From: Nemertoderma westbladi | Lineage: Eukaryota > Animalia > Xenacoelomorpha | DNA: 36,995 bases | NCBI GenBank assembly: GCA_032718475.1 | Contig: JAUCBJ010001073.1 | Location: 1 to 36,995 of the forward strand | Direction of reading: 5' to 3' | Shown here: piece after piece, positions 1-11,990 of the stretch | Position numbering within the stretch: position 1 is the stretch's first letter | Layout of the letters: each line of letters starts with the position of its first letter | Translations under genes and position numbers: made by a program | The notes under the pieces: generated by a model | What the model was told of the DNA's origin: nothing | The model's input: the letters and a program-made list of their open reading frames with translations, nothing else | Databases searched by the model: none

Positions 1-443
1 CCTAATGATACTGTGTATGGTACGGCAAAACAAATGTCCCTTCTACCGTACGCAGTAACAGCAATCAGCCTAATGTACTACTGTACTATCGTACGCAACC
101 AGTGAATACAGTAATCTAAACTAACAACCTAATAGAATAAACTCAATGTCTTACTGTACGCTAGCCTATAGCCTACAGCAGACGATCACGTGCTCCAACT
201 TATTACTTAATACTGTGATACTACTATCAGCCTAAGAATACACTATTGACTGCCGCAAGCAACAGCCAATAATGCGCGTATTACTGATAAACAACCGCGA
301 CCTCTATACTAACAGCAGAACTGTTGAACAGACAAATACTGGTATACTTCTCTGCCAACCTAATAAGTTCCCGCCTAACCAATAAGACACGAAGACTGCT
401 CTACTGTTAAGTAAAGGGGATCAGGAGCGTGCTATTACTAAAT

Positions 444-2224
444 TGTAAGGGTTGCTAAATACAAAACCGCTACTTACCGTTAGATGGCGCTAATCTGCCG
501 TCCACTAATATATTTTACTAATTTTACACAACTCCTGCAAAATCGCTTGTTCCTTTCTCTACCGATCGCTCGATAGAGAGCTAACTGTTCGAATCTATGA
601 GCCACGCGGGAATAACCAAAACAATAAACCCGAGTCGGCTCCCTAAGCTTACTTAAGACGAGTGCGAGAGGCCTTGCACTCAGAGTATTCTTACGCCTAA
701 TTCTATCACTTATTAAAGCACGCTATTACCTACGTCTTTCTAATCGCGAATACTGGAGGTTCCCTAACGTAATGTGTGAATGCGAGAATATTTAAAATAT
801 CAAAACGGTACAGTATCTGTTTCTACGTGGATAATACCACCCCGGGTCTAAAACTGCCCGCGACTGGCTTTAGGCCAGCAAAATTACTAGCGTATCGTGC
901 GTACCGAATAGTGCGTTCTAGCTGATTGCCCGCTAATGCAAATAACCGCTCAGCGTGAATAGTTTACAGTATACTAATTATTACCTTAGCTACTCTCCGC
1001 TATGCTGCGTACTAATTCTTAATTTTTTACTAATTAATTACAGTCACGAATATTTAACAGCGTACTAATTACTAAGAGTTCCAGAATACGTAATTCTAAT
1101 TTATCACGCAACAGGTTTCGATAGTAATAGCCTAATTTGCCGTATTACTTTGACCTAATCAATAACTAATTATTGTAACTAAGAAATAGAAATCAATCAA
1201 AGGAAAAGAGCGCCTATCTAAGCATTCGTAATCTTAGGCACACTTCAATAACACACCAATCAGCGTTAGAAATCACAGTTTACAATTGTGCAATTCACTA
1301 CTCGTACTCCACACTCAACGTTGTAATACGCGCAGGCCTCTCCCAGGTACATCTAGGACTCCTAACTAACCCAATTCCTGCCCCCCTAATACTAAATAGA
1401 GACAAAATCTGGATCATCAGCCCCCTAATTTGCTGTACCGGCGATCGGTCTGCGTGCCGCAGTGCAAGTTACCCGCCCGCAACGGTGACCCTGGCCAGCG
1501 TTGCTCGCTTTGAATCCTCCGCTCTCTCCTAGTCGCTCAACCCCCCGATGCGCCCACCGCCCACTGGCACCTTAGCTCTCCATGATGCTAATAGCTACCG
1601 TAGCGGCGCATGCAAATCACAAAGTCTGACAGTCTCAGAATCCCTTAGGATTATTGCGCAGAAAGAATCACATAGAACCATTAATCAAAGGTAGAAATCA
1701 TAGTTCAATTGTAATTAGCAGCAATCAAAGGAATTATTGAGAAACACAAGCAAGTAATCGCACTAGCAAATCATTTCACGAAAATTAATCAAATTAGCAA
1801 ATTGCAGAAAATATCAAGAAAAAACAGCAAGACAGGTGATAGGGCTAGGTGTCATGTGATGAGTAGAATTGTTGTTGCTCTACCGGCACACCGCCAATTT
1901 ATAGGTGATCCGGATGGGGTGATGCAATAGGGTGACTCAATCGCTTTCCTATTGGCTCTCCAGTCCGTGCTAGCACTAGACCAACCTGGAAGCAGCTAGT
2001 CCAATAAGGAGGCCGGATTGTAGCCCTATTTGCTTCCCTTCCTCGAATTATTACCATATATGGTAATGGTTCACGTCTCTGGCTGCTGAATGGCCAGGAC
2101 AGCGTCCCTATATGCTAGCCCTACTAAAGCTAATATCAGCAAGCACTGAATCCAGGGTCCGAATAAACTTACCCTGGAACTATCTACATATAACCTAATA
2201 CAAAATTACGTAGGTAGGGCTACA
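444..2224 (-). mobile_element. Probable LTR of an LTR retrotransposon; the internal leader continues toward position 1
   Basis: On the minus strand it begins TGTAGCCC (2224) and ends CCCTTACA (444), giving TGTA...TACA ends. CCAAT motifs (~1950, ~2001) and TATAAA (~1900) lie near the 5' end. The flanks show no TSD, and the minus strand has no ATG in 1-1222. No coding domain is visible. Confidence 0.4.
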
Positions 2225-2323
2225 TACTATACAAAATGGATGGTTTCAAATATATGGGCGTTTTGATTTCCCTACCTAAATACCACTGCGTTATTATGCC
2301 TTATCTAAAATATCATGCTGCAC

Positions 2324-2412
2324 AACGGACTAATATTACGTACAGTATAACGGACTAATATTGCATACTGCATAACGGACTAATATTGCATACTGCATGA
2401 TGACTAATATTA
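2324..2412. repeat. 25-bp tandem repeat, ~3.5 copies (aacggactaatattgcatactgcat)
   Basis: Seen directly. Confidence 0.85.
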
Positions 2413-2437
2413 TGGATACAGCGCCATATACCGTAAC

Positions 2438-2473
2438 AGGGGGGGTATACCCCCCCCCCCCCCCCCCCCTTAA
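2438..2473. mobile_element. Terminus of a TTAA-type non-autonomous DNA element (GGGGGGGTATAC-polyC-TTAA)
   Basis: The same terminal motif ends the 34872-35760 element. The partner end was not found. Confidence 0.45.
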
Positions 2474-2690
2474 CCCACAAACTACAAAAAAATATAGAAT
2501 CAGGACATTAATAAGCCCAAAATTAGTACAAAGCCACTAGGGCCATCAAAATCAAATAAACATAAAATAAACAAAATAACCAAACGTAATAAACTGCTCA
2601 ACACACAGGTGTGTATCACAACCCTACCCTATACCTACCCGTCTTACACTAAATGATACCGGTAGTATACTGCACAAAACTAAGCATATA

Positions 2691-3037
2691 TTATGTAAGA
2701 AAATATATGGCATTTTGTTGCCGCAAAAAAGAAATAGAGCTAAGGCAAAAAAATAATTAATTTATCAAAAATATGGTTACGTTTCTGTGTCTGAAGACCA
2801 CAGTATGCTGCTAATCTCCAACACCTCATCAGATGGGTAAAAGAATTAGCCAATACCTGTCTATACTGCACCCATGATCTAGTATAATCACACCAATCAA
2901 CGCAGTTATCTATTATCCCCACAGATCTATTATCCCTGACCTTAGAATTTTGAACTTATTCTTGAAAAAATAATTATTTTTTGCCTTAGCCATATTTCTT
3001 TTTTCGGCGACAAAATGTCATATATTTTCTTTCATAA
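2691..3037. mobile_element. MITE with ~80-bp imperfect TIRs and TA flanks (Tc1/mariner-type)
   Basis: ttatgtaagaaaatatatggcattttgttgccgc...taaggcaaaaaaataatt is the imperfect reverse complement of ~2957-3037. TA is present on both sides. Confidence 0.7.
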
Positions 3038-3049
3038 TAGAGGCTTAGC

Positions 3050-5069
3050 CAAACAGGCCCAATTCTTAGTGGGTGGTTGATCTTTTGTTTCTGGTGCCTG
3101 CCTTTCAAGTTCAGGTAGTGGTTGAGCATGGGGAACATTATAGAGTGGGCAGAAAATGCCTCTTGAAAGTTGTGAAAGGCAATCTTTGACAGACTTGGTC
3201 ATAAAGGTACCAGAGGCGTTCAGGAGTGAGGCTAGGATCAGACTTAGTGTCTGGCAAAGACAAGTAAAAACAAGCCAAAAACAAGTACGTTCATATTACC
3301 TTTCTTTGACATCACAACAACCTTTCACCTTTCTTTGACATCACATCAACCTTGCACATAAGAATTGTTTCAGATTCACTTGAACAGACTAATTGTACCA
3401 AGTAATATCTGAATCACTGAACAGTGAACACCTCATTTTTTCAGCAAGGCTAGAGGCCTTTACAACCTCCTGAAAAGTCTCTACATTGGTATCAGTGTAT
3501 TTCTTCTTAATGAGACCGAAGTTCCTGTCAGGGCTAAATTTTGTATGACCGACAAAGTTAAAATTTACAGAGATTTTGGTTCTTTGGCCCATGTCTACAG
3601 ACCATGATAGATATTGCATTACAGCATTGTTTTTGTTCTGTGCAACTGTGTGGTCAGCCAAGAGGTTTAACACAGATACAGACACATCTTGAAGGAGTGC
3701 GGTATGCTAATGACAGCATCTGCACCTTTCCCGCAAAAGTCAGCCTCATCTAAGTGGTGGTTTAGTTGGATATTAGAGGCTTCATTTTGGATTCCAAAAA
3801 GACCGCAGTGTCATGGAACCTAGAAGAAAATTGGCCCAACTTGTTGTGGATTTATGAATAGCTCAGGTACTGAGCATCCTGCTAATAGTGGCGGATTATT
3901 CACTTCATCCTTGTAAAATTACACTGACCAGCTGCTTTATCTAAGTGAGCTGTAGCTTCTTCCAACTTCTACCTTTGCTCACTCTCTGGATATTTGGAAC
4001 AAAGAAGAATTGCAAGACCATTCATCTTACATACTTCGCACAGATCAGCCATACGTTTCATGGTACATATATATGGCAGATATTTCTGCCACATGCGCTG
4101 GAAAGTTGTCAGTTTTATGGAGAGTGAACCATCTTCTTCAAAACTGCGAAGACGATAGCCCGCCAGTGCACTTCAGCTTTGGTCAATGGACTGGGCAGTT
4201 GAGAAAGCCTAAAGTTCTTCACAACGGGAAGTCGACCAGGTAGGGGTATTGCACAATTTGATGCAATAATTTTGATGAAATTAATAGCCTTTGATAAAAT
4301 GGCCATGAAATCTATTCCCTTATTTTTATTTCCTGGCTTTCCAGTTTACCCATGAATTCGAGTTTGGACACCAAAGTTGTCATAATGAGTTTTCAAATTA
4401 GCTGTCTTCTTCTTCGCACAGGTGTGAATAAAGTTAAAAGTTACCTTACAAATAACACGGTCTTCAAAACGAAATGTAGTATGTTTGTAGATAACACAGG
4501 AATCCCGCCGAACAGCTTCTATATGAGAAAGTAAACATAAGTCAAGTTCATTTCAGCAATTCCAGGTAGTTTGATTGTAATTTTGCAAAGAGCTATGGGT
4601 GAAATATGAGCTACAAGGGAGGCTACCATTTCCCAAAGTACAGCCACAAGTTATTTGAATGAATAAATTAATTAACTCATTCTCAGAAATATCAACTCGA
4701 GTATTTGTGGTTGTAAAACCAAGTCTGTTATATCTGGATCATCAACTGAAAGATCAAAAATTAATTCCAAATCTCCCTCATTTACTCCATCATCACCTTA
4801 TTCTTCCTTGACATAAACATGCTGGTTAGGATAGGAGTAATGCGAATCCAATTATCTTAATTCGTTCCCAAAAACATCACTCATGTTGCATTATTCATGA
4901 AGATTTAGCAAACCATACTACAGTAGTGGCCACACTTCCAAACGCATTGTCATAAATAAAAATATTTTACACCCCCATCTTCGTTCCCCTCCTAATGCTA
5001 CAAGACCCTTTCACCCCCCCCCCCCCCCCCCCCCCCAGTTCCCCTGTTAAGTAATTTCTGAACAGCCCC
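3050..5069 (-). mobile_element. Degenerate Sola-type (Sola2-like) DNA transposon with transposase pseudogene
   Basis: Minus-strand motifs AIPLPGRLP (4115-4306), PQQVGPIFF*VP*HCGLFG..DE..GKGADAVIS (~3710-3850), and ADHTVAQNKN..GHTKFSPDRNFGLIK (3389-3685), with stops and frameshifts. Candidate terminus GGGGCTGTTCAGAAATTACTT at 5069. Confidence 0.7.
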
Positions 5070-5586
5070 TATCTATGGTAATAAGTACTCTATCTGTACA
5101 GTAAAACAAATAGGTGTTGTTCTAGGTTTATCTTCAACAATATCATAATATATTTTAATTGTAAAATTAAACGTTAGGGTTGAATGTGGAACCACCGCTA
5201 TACCGGTATCCATCTAGCATGAACTGCATGCAGATAGTGTATATCCCCAGCATTCTAGTTTGAAGCTTTTTGTGTTGCGGTGTTGCCATTGGTGGATGGT
5301 GTGATTGCTAAGGATAATACAGGAATATTATCCAATAATCTTTTTTAATTTTTTTTAATTTTCTGTTTAACGGTTTTTATTGGCTGTTGGAATGGTTGCC
5401 ATGGAATCATATATCAACAACAATAATCTTGCTTCTAATGGTAGCGGAACCTCTTCCGGTACAGGGGTGCGGTGTCTAGACTGGTTCTGTAATGGTGGTG
5501 GTGATCGTCATCATGGTCGTCGTGGTGGTTGTGGTGATGGTGGCCATAGTGATGGCCGATGTGGTGGTGGAGGCGGTGATGGTGAT

Positions 5587-5790
5587 CACAGTTTACAACA
5601 GTTCACACGTTCATCTGGGCACAGTTTAAAAAACAAACTTTCATCTGGGCACAGTTTACAAAACAAACTTTAATCTGGGCACAGTTTACAAAACAAACTT
5701 TCATCTGGGCACAGTTTACAAAACAAACTTTCATCTGGGCACAGTTTACAAAACAAACTTTCATCTGGGCACAGTTTACAAAACAAACTA
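5587..5790. repeat. 30-bp minisatellite, 6 full copies plus a partial one (tcatctgggcacagtttacaaaacaaactt)
   Basis: Seen directly; the units are near-identical. Confidence 0.95.
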
Positions 5791-5804
5791 TCAAATAAAT
5801 ATAT

Positions 5805-6256
5805 TTATTCCCTGCGCCGACCTACTTGCCGCGCAGCGGTGGATACTGCAGCTCCAGCTGCGACCCCTACTCGGGCACCGCCTACTCGGACAGCGACAGG
5901 TGGAACTACGCCAGCCTGTTGATCATCAGGTGGTATTACGCCGGGAGGTGGAACTACGACGGGTTGTTGATCAGGTTGAATTACAGCGGGTTGTTGAGCA
6001 GGTTGAACTACGGCGGGTTCTTGAACAGGTTCAGCTACAACGCATTCTTGAATAGGTGCAATTACGACGGGTTCTTCAACAGGTTGAACTACGGCGGGTT
6101 GTTGAGCAGGTGGCACTACGGCGGGAGGTGGAGCAACGGCGGCTGGCCCAGGACCAACTGCGGCTGCGCCAGGGGCAGCACCATCTCGACCAGAAGCGGC
6201 AGCTGCAGCCTCAGCTGCTACGAGGGCAGCAATAGCGGCGTCACGGGGATCCACAG
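5805..6256 (-). CDS. Putative terminal coding exon of an unknown Pro/Ala/Val/Gln-rich repetitive protein
   Basis: GC-rich open frame (149 aa, repeats such as QQPAVVQP). It is preceded by a good acceptor, ttctttcacAG at 6257-6259, and the TAA stop overlaps AATAAA. Confidence 0.5.
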
Positions 6257-6360
6257 CTGTGAAAGAATTAAAGAAATTTTAATATTAATATTAATCATAT
6301 TTCGAATGACAAGCAATCTAGTAACAATAATTTTTAATTATTTCTAACTAATTAGAACAC

Positions 6361-8118
6361 TAAGGATGGTGCTGAAGTACTTAAAGTGCCTATTACTTTT
6401 ATTATTAATTACTCTATTGTAGATAATGTAGTACCAGACGAACTGAAATTAGCTAAGGTTGTTCCTCTGTATAAAAACAATAGTAAAGTAGAACCCTGTA
6501 ATTACAGACCTGTTGGTATCTTAAGTATTGTATCTAAAATTCTAGAACGTTCTGTTTTTCTACAGCTGGAGGCACATCTTAGTAGGCTAAATCTGATCTA
6601 TGAACTTCAGTCCGGTTTTCGTAAATCATATTCTACAGACACCTGTCTTATTAACTTAACTGATACAATTAGATGTAATAACGCAAAGGGTTTATATACT
6701 GGTATGGTAATGTTGGACCTACAAAAGGCTTTCGATACAGTAGATCACGAAATTCTGCTTGGTAAGTTAGGCCTGATGGGTGTAGGTTCTATAGACTGGT
6801 TCAAGTCCTACCTGTCAGACAGGTCAAACTGTAGTCATTAGCAAATCGCAGTCTACTGTACAAGAGATTACCTGTGGTGTACCGCAAGGTAGTATATTAG
6901 GTCCTCTGCTTTTTGTATGCTATGTAAATGATATGATAAGTAGTATAGATCCCGATTTTAAAATCATTTTATATGCCGACGACAGTGCTCTTATTTTCTC
7001 TCATAAAGATCCTATCCATATTTCCCAAAAGTTAAGTGCAGTTCTAGAAAGTATTTTGTTTGGTTCCAAAAGAAAGTTAAAGAAGGTAACTAAGTTTGAA
7101 GTCACTAGTAATGGACATTAAGATTGAAAATTAAAAGGAAGTTAAATATTTAGGCGCTACATTGGATAATTGCTTATCAGGAGAAAGCACAGTGAAAAAC
7201 ATTTTCTCGAAAGTTAACAGTAGGCTTAGGTTTCTATACAGAAATAAAAACAGTTTAAACACCGACTCCCGCAAGTTACTTTGCTCTTCTTTAATCCAGT
7301 GTCACATGGACTTGCATGCTCTTCTTGGTATGAAGGCTTAACCAAACAGCTTAAATGTAAATTACAAGTAGCTCAGAATAAAGTAGTACGATTTATTAAA
7401 GACTACAAACCTAGGCACCACCTAACTCCAGATGACTTTTCTGAATCTGGACTACTTAACTTAGATAGTAGAGTTAAGCAGCTACGCCTTAACCATAAGG
7501 TAATAAGCGTGTATAATGGTAAATGTCATAATTACCTAAAACAAAAATTCAACAGAGTACGCGATACACACTCTTACAGTACCAGAGCTAGTGCTTCAAA
7601 CTTCTACCTCCCGAATTGTAAATCCTTTGAATCTGATACTTTCTTTTTTAACGGTATTAAAAATTGGAACGCTCTGCCTAATGAAATTAAAAACCTAGAT
7701 AATCAACATTCTTTTAAATCTGCAGTGAAATCTCACCTCCGTGTGCAATGTAAAAATAGGTACAATAGTCCTACAGTAAGTTATTAGTTTATTAATTATT
7801 TACTATTTATACTGTAATTACGTTTTATATTAAATTGTTCTGTACATTACATCTTTATCGTTGCGTCGGACATTGTCACGCTCTTGGTAAAGTTGTACAT
7901 GTACATAGTGTAATTACGTTTATATTGGTTTTAGGTTAGCGTAGTGTAATATTGTATTTGTAACCAAGTAACATAAAGGACCCCCTTGGAAATAAGCTGC
8001 AAAGCTTTAGGGGTAATCCTATATGTTATGTTGGACAATACCTTTATACCGGTACATTGTTTGGTGTATTTGTTGTTATTGTTTTTACATAATGTATAAA
8101 TAAATCTATCTATCTATC
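6361..8118 (+). mobile_element. 5'-truncated CR1-group (Crack/L2-like) LINE with frameshifted RT
   Basis: Motifs [38 protein letters not shown] and LYADD, a C-terminal domain at 7281-7787, a 3' UTR, AATAAA and a (TCTA)n tail. Confidence 0.9.
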
Positions 8119-8119
8119 A

Positions 8120-8640
8120 GTGAAGCTAAACAATTTATTTTCATTTTCTGAGCACAATTCATAACTTCGTCTTCAGATCTTGCTGATGTATTAATGAGTC
8201 TTTTATTGCTCTACATTAGTCGTGACTTAGCCTCTCAAACATTTTTACGGTCAACCTATGCTTCCCACCACCGAAGTGTTTATCATCAGATAGTTTATCC
8301 TTGGTTGATTCGTAGTTTCTCTAGGGCCTTTTCCAGATGTTTCTTGACATGGTTAACACTGTCAAGTTTCTGAACTCGCCCACAATCTAATACTTTGTTG
8401 TCATGAGACTTCCAGTGTGTCTTTCCTCCTTCAGATTCATTGAACATTGCTTTTTCAATGTTTGACATTTTGCTATATTTCTTACATTCATCACACCCTC
8501 CATATATAAATTCAACAGCGCAATAAGCCTCCATCACACACCATTTCAGTGTATTTCAAATCATAGTTTTTAGAATTGGTAATTATTTCAGCGGTATTTA
8601 CTTTCTTGGTGATGTCGCTCCATGAATTCCTTATAACTAT
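8120..8640 (-). pseudogene. Degenerate fragment of a second Kolobok-like transposase
   Basis: VQKLDSVNHVKKHL..LSDDKHFGGGKHRLT..AIK aligns by eye with IEKLECVGHIQKRM..LSDGKKISGRNRLT..AIR of the 587-aa ORF. Confidence 0.7.
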
Positions 8641-8656
8641 CATCAGACTTCTTGTA

Positions 8657-9140
8657 GGGACTCCCGACTCAAACAGACTACAGCGGCCAAGAATGCAGTT
8701 AAGGCTGCATCTAGGTCCCTGAACAGGCAGTACTCTGCTAATCTACAGGAGCTAATAAACCAACAGGTTGATGCCATCAATGATGCTGACGACAGCAGGC
8801 AATCATCCCAGGCATGGAAATCGATCAATCTGCTTACTGGGCGGAAAAGCCAACCAACCACCATGGTTAAGGCTGAATCACCAGCCGATCGCCTCAATGG
8901 TTGGAAAGCCCACTTTGAAAAGCTCCTCAATAATGACAGGGTATTGCCTGATAACTTTATTGAAGTAAAAGTGTCTGAGTCTGTACTCCCAGATATTCCC
9001 ATTGGCGATATCTCCTTTGCAGAAGTGAAGGCTGCTGCAAAGAGCATTAAGACCAATCGTGCCAGTGGAGTAGATGGTATTCCCCCTGAGGTCTTTAAAA
9101 TACCTGAGTGTTTAAAGAGCTCATCTATCCCATCATAGTA
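8657..9140 (+). mobile_element. Internal fragment of the RTE-like LINE family, in inverted orientation
   Basis: Reverse-complement homolog of 9141-9537. Its 3' part matches 26967-27098 (KAAAKSIKTNRASGVDG.PPEVFKIPECLK). Confidence 0.9.
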
Positions 9141-11385
9141 GGCATGATTGGTCTTAATGCTCTTTGCAGCAACCGTCACTTCTGCAAAGAAGACATCACC
9201 AATGGGAATATCTGGGAAAACAGACTCAAATACTTTTACTTCTATAAAGTAATCAGGTAATACCCTGTCCTTGTTGATGAGCTATTCAAAGTGGACCTTA
9301 CAACCATTGAGGTGATCGGCTGGTGATTCTGCCTTAACCTTGGTGGTTGGTTGGCTTTTCCACCCAGTAAGCATGTTGTTCGATTTACATGCCTGGAATG
9401 ACTGTCTGCTGTCATTGATGACATCAGCCTGTTGGTTTATTAGATCCTGTAGATTAACAGAGTACTCTCTGTTCAGGGACCTAGATGCAGCCTTAACTGC
9501 ATTCTTGGCCGCTGTAGTCTGTTTGAGTTGGGACTCTTTCTGTGCCTTATAGAGGTCATTTCGGCACTTCTGAATTTTGTGGTCAGTCCAGGGGGCCCTT
9601 TTCCTGTTTCGAGGGTATACAGGAACTGTTTCTGCAGCTGCTAACTTAACTGCTTCTGTGAAGGCAGTATAGCCCTCGCAGTGATCTGCCGCCTCAGGCA
9701 ATAACCTCATAACTGTTGCTCAGCTGTAGTGTGAAGCTCGATCTCACACTTGGCTGTTGCTACTGAGAGGACCAGTCATGCCGTGGCAAGGCAGATTTCA
9801 TTGTTCTGCTAGCACGCAGACTAAAAGTCTTACCTTGGCCACAATAAGGTGGTGATCACTGGAGAAGGGTCGAAGTGTAAATGCATTACAGTCTTGTATA
9901 GAGCTCCTGTATTTCCTACAAAACAGAATATTGTCTATCTGGGACTTGTGACCACGGGGTCCACCACTATGAATCCATAGCTTTCCAGTTCGCTTCTTGA
10001 ACTGGGTTCCAGCTGAAAACAATCCATTTCCAGAGATAAAATCCTGAAGATGGATGGAATTTCGGTTAACACTTTCGCTATAGACCCTGGGCGATGTAGG
10101 TGATTGATGCAGACTTGCATTAAAGTCTCCCAGGAATGTTAAGAATGCATGCTGATCCAGTCCATCAGTAGCTGCCTGTAGATCGTGGTAGAAATTTTCC
10201 ACCTCCTCTACAGGTAGCCAGTCCTCCAGAACATGAGAAGTGGCAATGGATGATGCGGTTAGAGATTTGGTCTATTTTGTCCAATGCTGCATGCACAGTT
10301 GGATTCATCAATAGACCAATTACACCATCATCTGCTGATGCGAGGGCGAGTCGCCAACCACCCCCATGTCCTTAATCAGAACCTCATTAGTCTGTCCAGT
10401 CTGCATTTGATGCTCTTGAATACCCACTGCACTAAGAGAAAGCTTATCTGTCAAGGCAGTCAGCTCACCTTGTTGCATTGGGGACCCTAGTGTTAGGGTG
10501 TTAACTGAGGCTAGTCTAGTAACTTGTCTCTGATTCACATATGGCATGGATGGTGGGGGTGGAACATGAGAGTAGCCTCCAACTCCAGAATCCCTCTCCC
10601 CCTCACAATCTGGCCTCCCTGGTGATCCAGGGTTTGGGCCAGAAAGGTAATCAGGAAAGGGACTCACAGAATTGTTGGCCGCTCTCTCTCCTGTAGGGGG
10701 TGAGACAGGTAGCCGGTCAGGATATAACTGACGCCTGTGAGGCCAATTGTATCCAGTAATTCCACTGGCCTCTAGTGGCTGGACATCCGCATTACTAATG
10801 TAATCCATAGTGGAGGTTTGTGGGTACTTTTTTGCCGACTCAGCTCTTGGGGCAAATACCATACCCTGGTTTGCCATTCCACAGGGTGGGTATCGCAGTG
10901 GAGTCAGATATGAGGCCCATCACCCATATCTATTCTGACGCATATGACCCACCATTGTCTGTGCAGCTCATCTCTTGGGCCATGTCCTGTACCCCTGCTG
11001 CCAGGCGCAGGTCGCAGTGAAGTGTACTCAGAGTAGACATGAGAACACTTTACTCCTGACAAGCCACTGGTAAATCACCATCTGCCTGGCCAGGCCATAT
11101 ACATACCCCTGCAGCCAAGTATATGGGTCCTTAATCCAGGATCAAGGTCGCAGTGAAGTGTACTCAGAGTAGACATGAGAACACTTTACTCCTGACAAGC
11201 CACTGGTAAATCACCATCTGCCTGGCCAGGCCATATACACCTGCAGCCAAGTATATGGGTCCTTAATCCAGGATCAAGGGCGTCCTTATCCCATAACGAA
11301 GGGGGTCCTAGTTACAGGACCAGATTTGCCCTAGTAAGAGGGTCTATGCAGCACAGGTGGCACCTCCTTTATGCTGCATGGAGTT
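9141..11385 (-). mobile_element. 5' half of an RTE-like LINE: 5' UTR, APE endonuclease and linker, degenerate
   Basis: APE motifs LASVNTLTL, GIQEH, LGDFNA, SQIDNIL and SSDHHLIV. The sequence overlaps the start of the RT copy at 25510-27098. Confidence 0.88.
11009..11279. repeat. Tandem duplication of ~136/131 bp in the RTE 5' UTR
   Basis: aggtcgcagtgaagtgtactcag...ccaggatcaagg occurs at 11009 and 11145; the copies differ by a 5-bp indel. Confidence 0.95.
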
Positions 11386-11779
11386 GGCAAGTTTTATCGA
11401 TCAATGACCTAGAATACCTGACCCCCCCCCCCCCCCCCCCCCCCCCGACAGAATGGACAACAGGTAAAAATATTACATGACTAATTAAGTGTACCGGTAC
11501 CAAAAGTATGTATAGCTGAAACAGTACACAATAAAGGTAGAATACAATAATACAAAAACTACAGTACAAATCAAATTGAAAATCTAAGGCACAAATATTT
11601 GATCAATAACGGTACCGGTAGGCCTATACTACAGGAGGTTAGAAGATGAGATTGTATTGTAGAAAATATTAAGTAGTGAGTGCAGTGCATATGGGGGAAC
11701 TTATACTCTATGGTCGGTGTATGTAACGAGGTTATAGTAGTGCAGGTTAGCAGAAAGGATAGAGAAGAAAATACAGAGA

Positions 11780-11990
11780 TATAGACAGTTTTAAGGGTAG
11801 AATAGTTTCAGGTGGAATGAGGTGCCCTGTACATTCAGTTTGGGTTTATCTCTACAAATAGTGATGCTTTCCTTTAGTAGAAAGTCGTAATTAGTAGCAG
11901 CACGACCAATAATTTTGAAGTAGTCCTAGGAGAACTTGAGACCGATCATATTCTAGGGCATGATCAATGTTCATGGGCATGAGGTAAGTT
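11780..11990 (-). pseudogene. Penelope-like element fragment: C-terminus of the GIY-YIG endonuclease
   Basis: The minus frame reads FKIIGRAATNYDFLLKESITICRDKPKLNVQGTSFHLKLF, the typical KES.I...KP.LN.Q..S..L.LF tail. Confidence 0.7.

Noticed and set aside
5603-5794. Cys-rich repeat peptide (MKVCFVNCAQ)n
   Set aside because: It is a by-product of a 30-bp minisatellite; there is no independent coding evidence.
5826-6347. 173-aa plus-strand ORF with NYGG repeats
   Set aside because: It has a TTG start and is the antisense shadow of the repetitive minus-strand exon, which has the splice and poly(A) signals.
11385-11425. Hammerhead ribozyme of the Penelope fragment
   Set aside because: Only a ggtc..gatc stem is visible; the CUGANGA and GAAA cores are absent.
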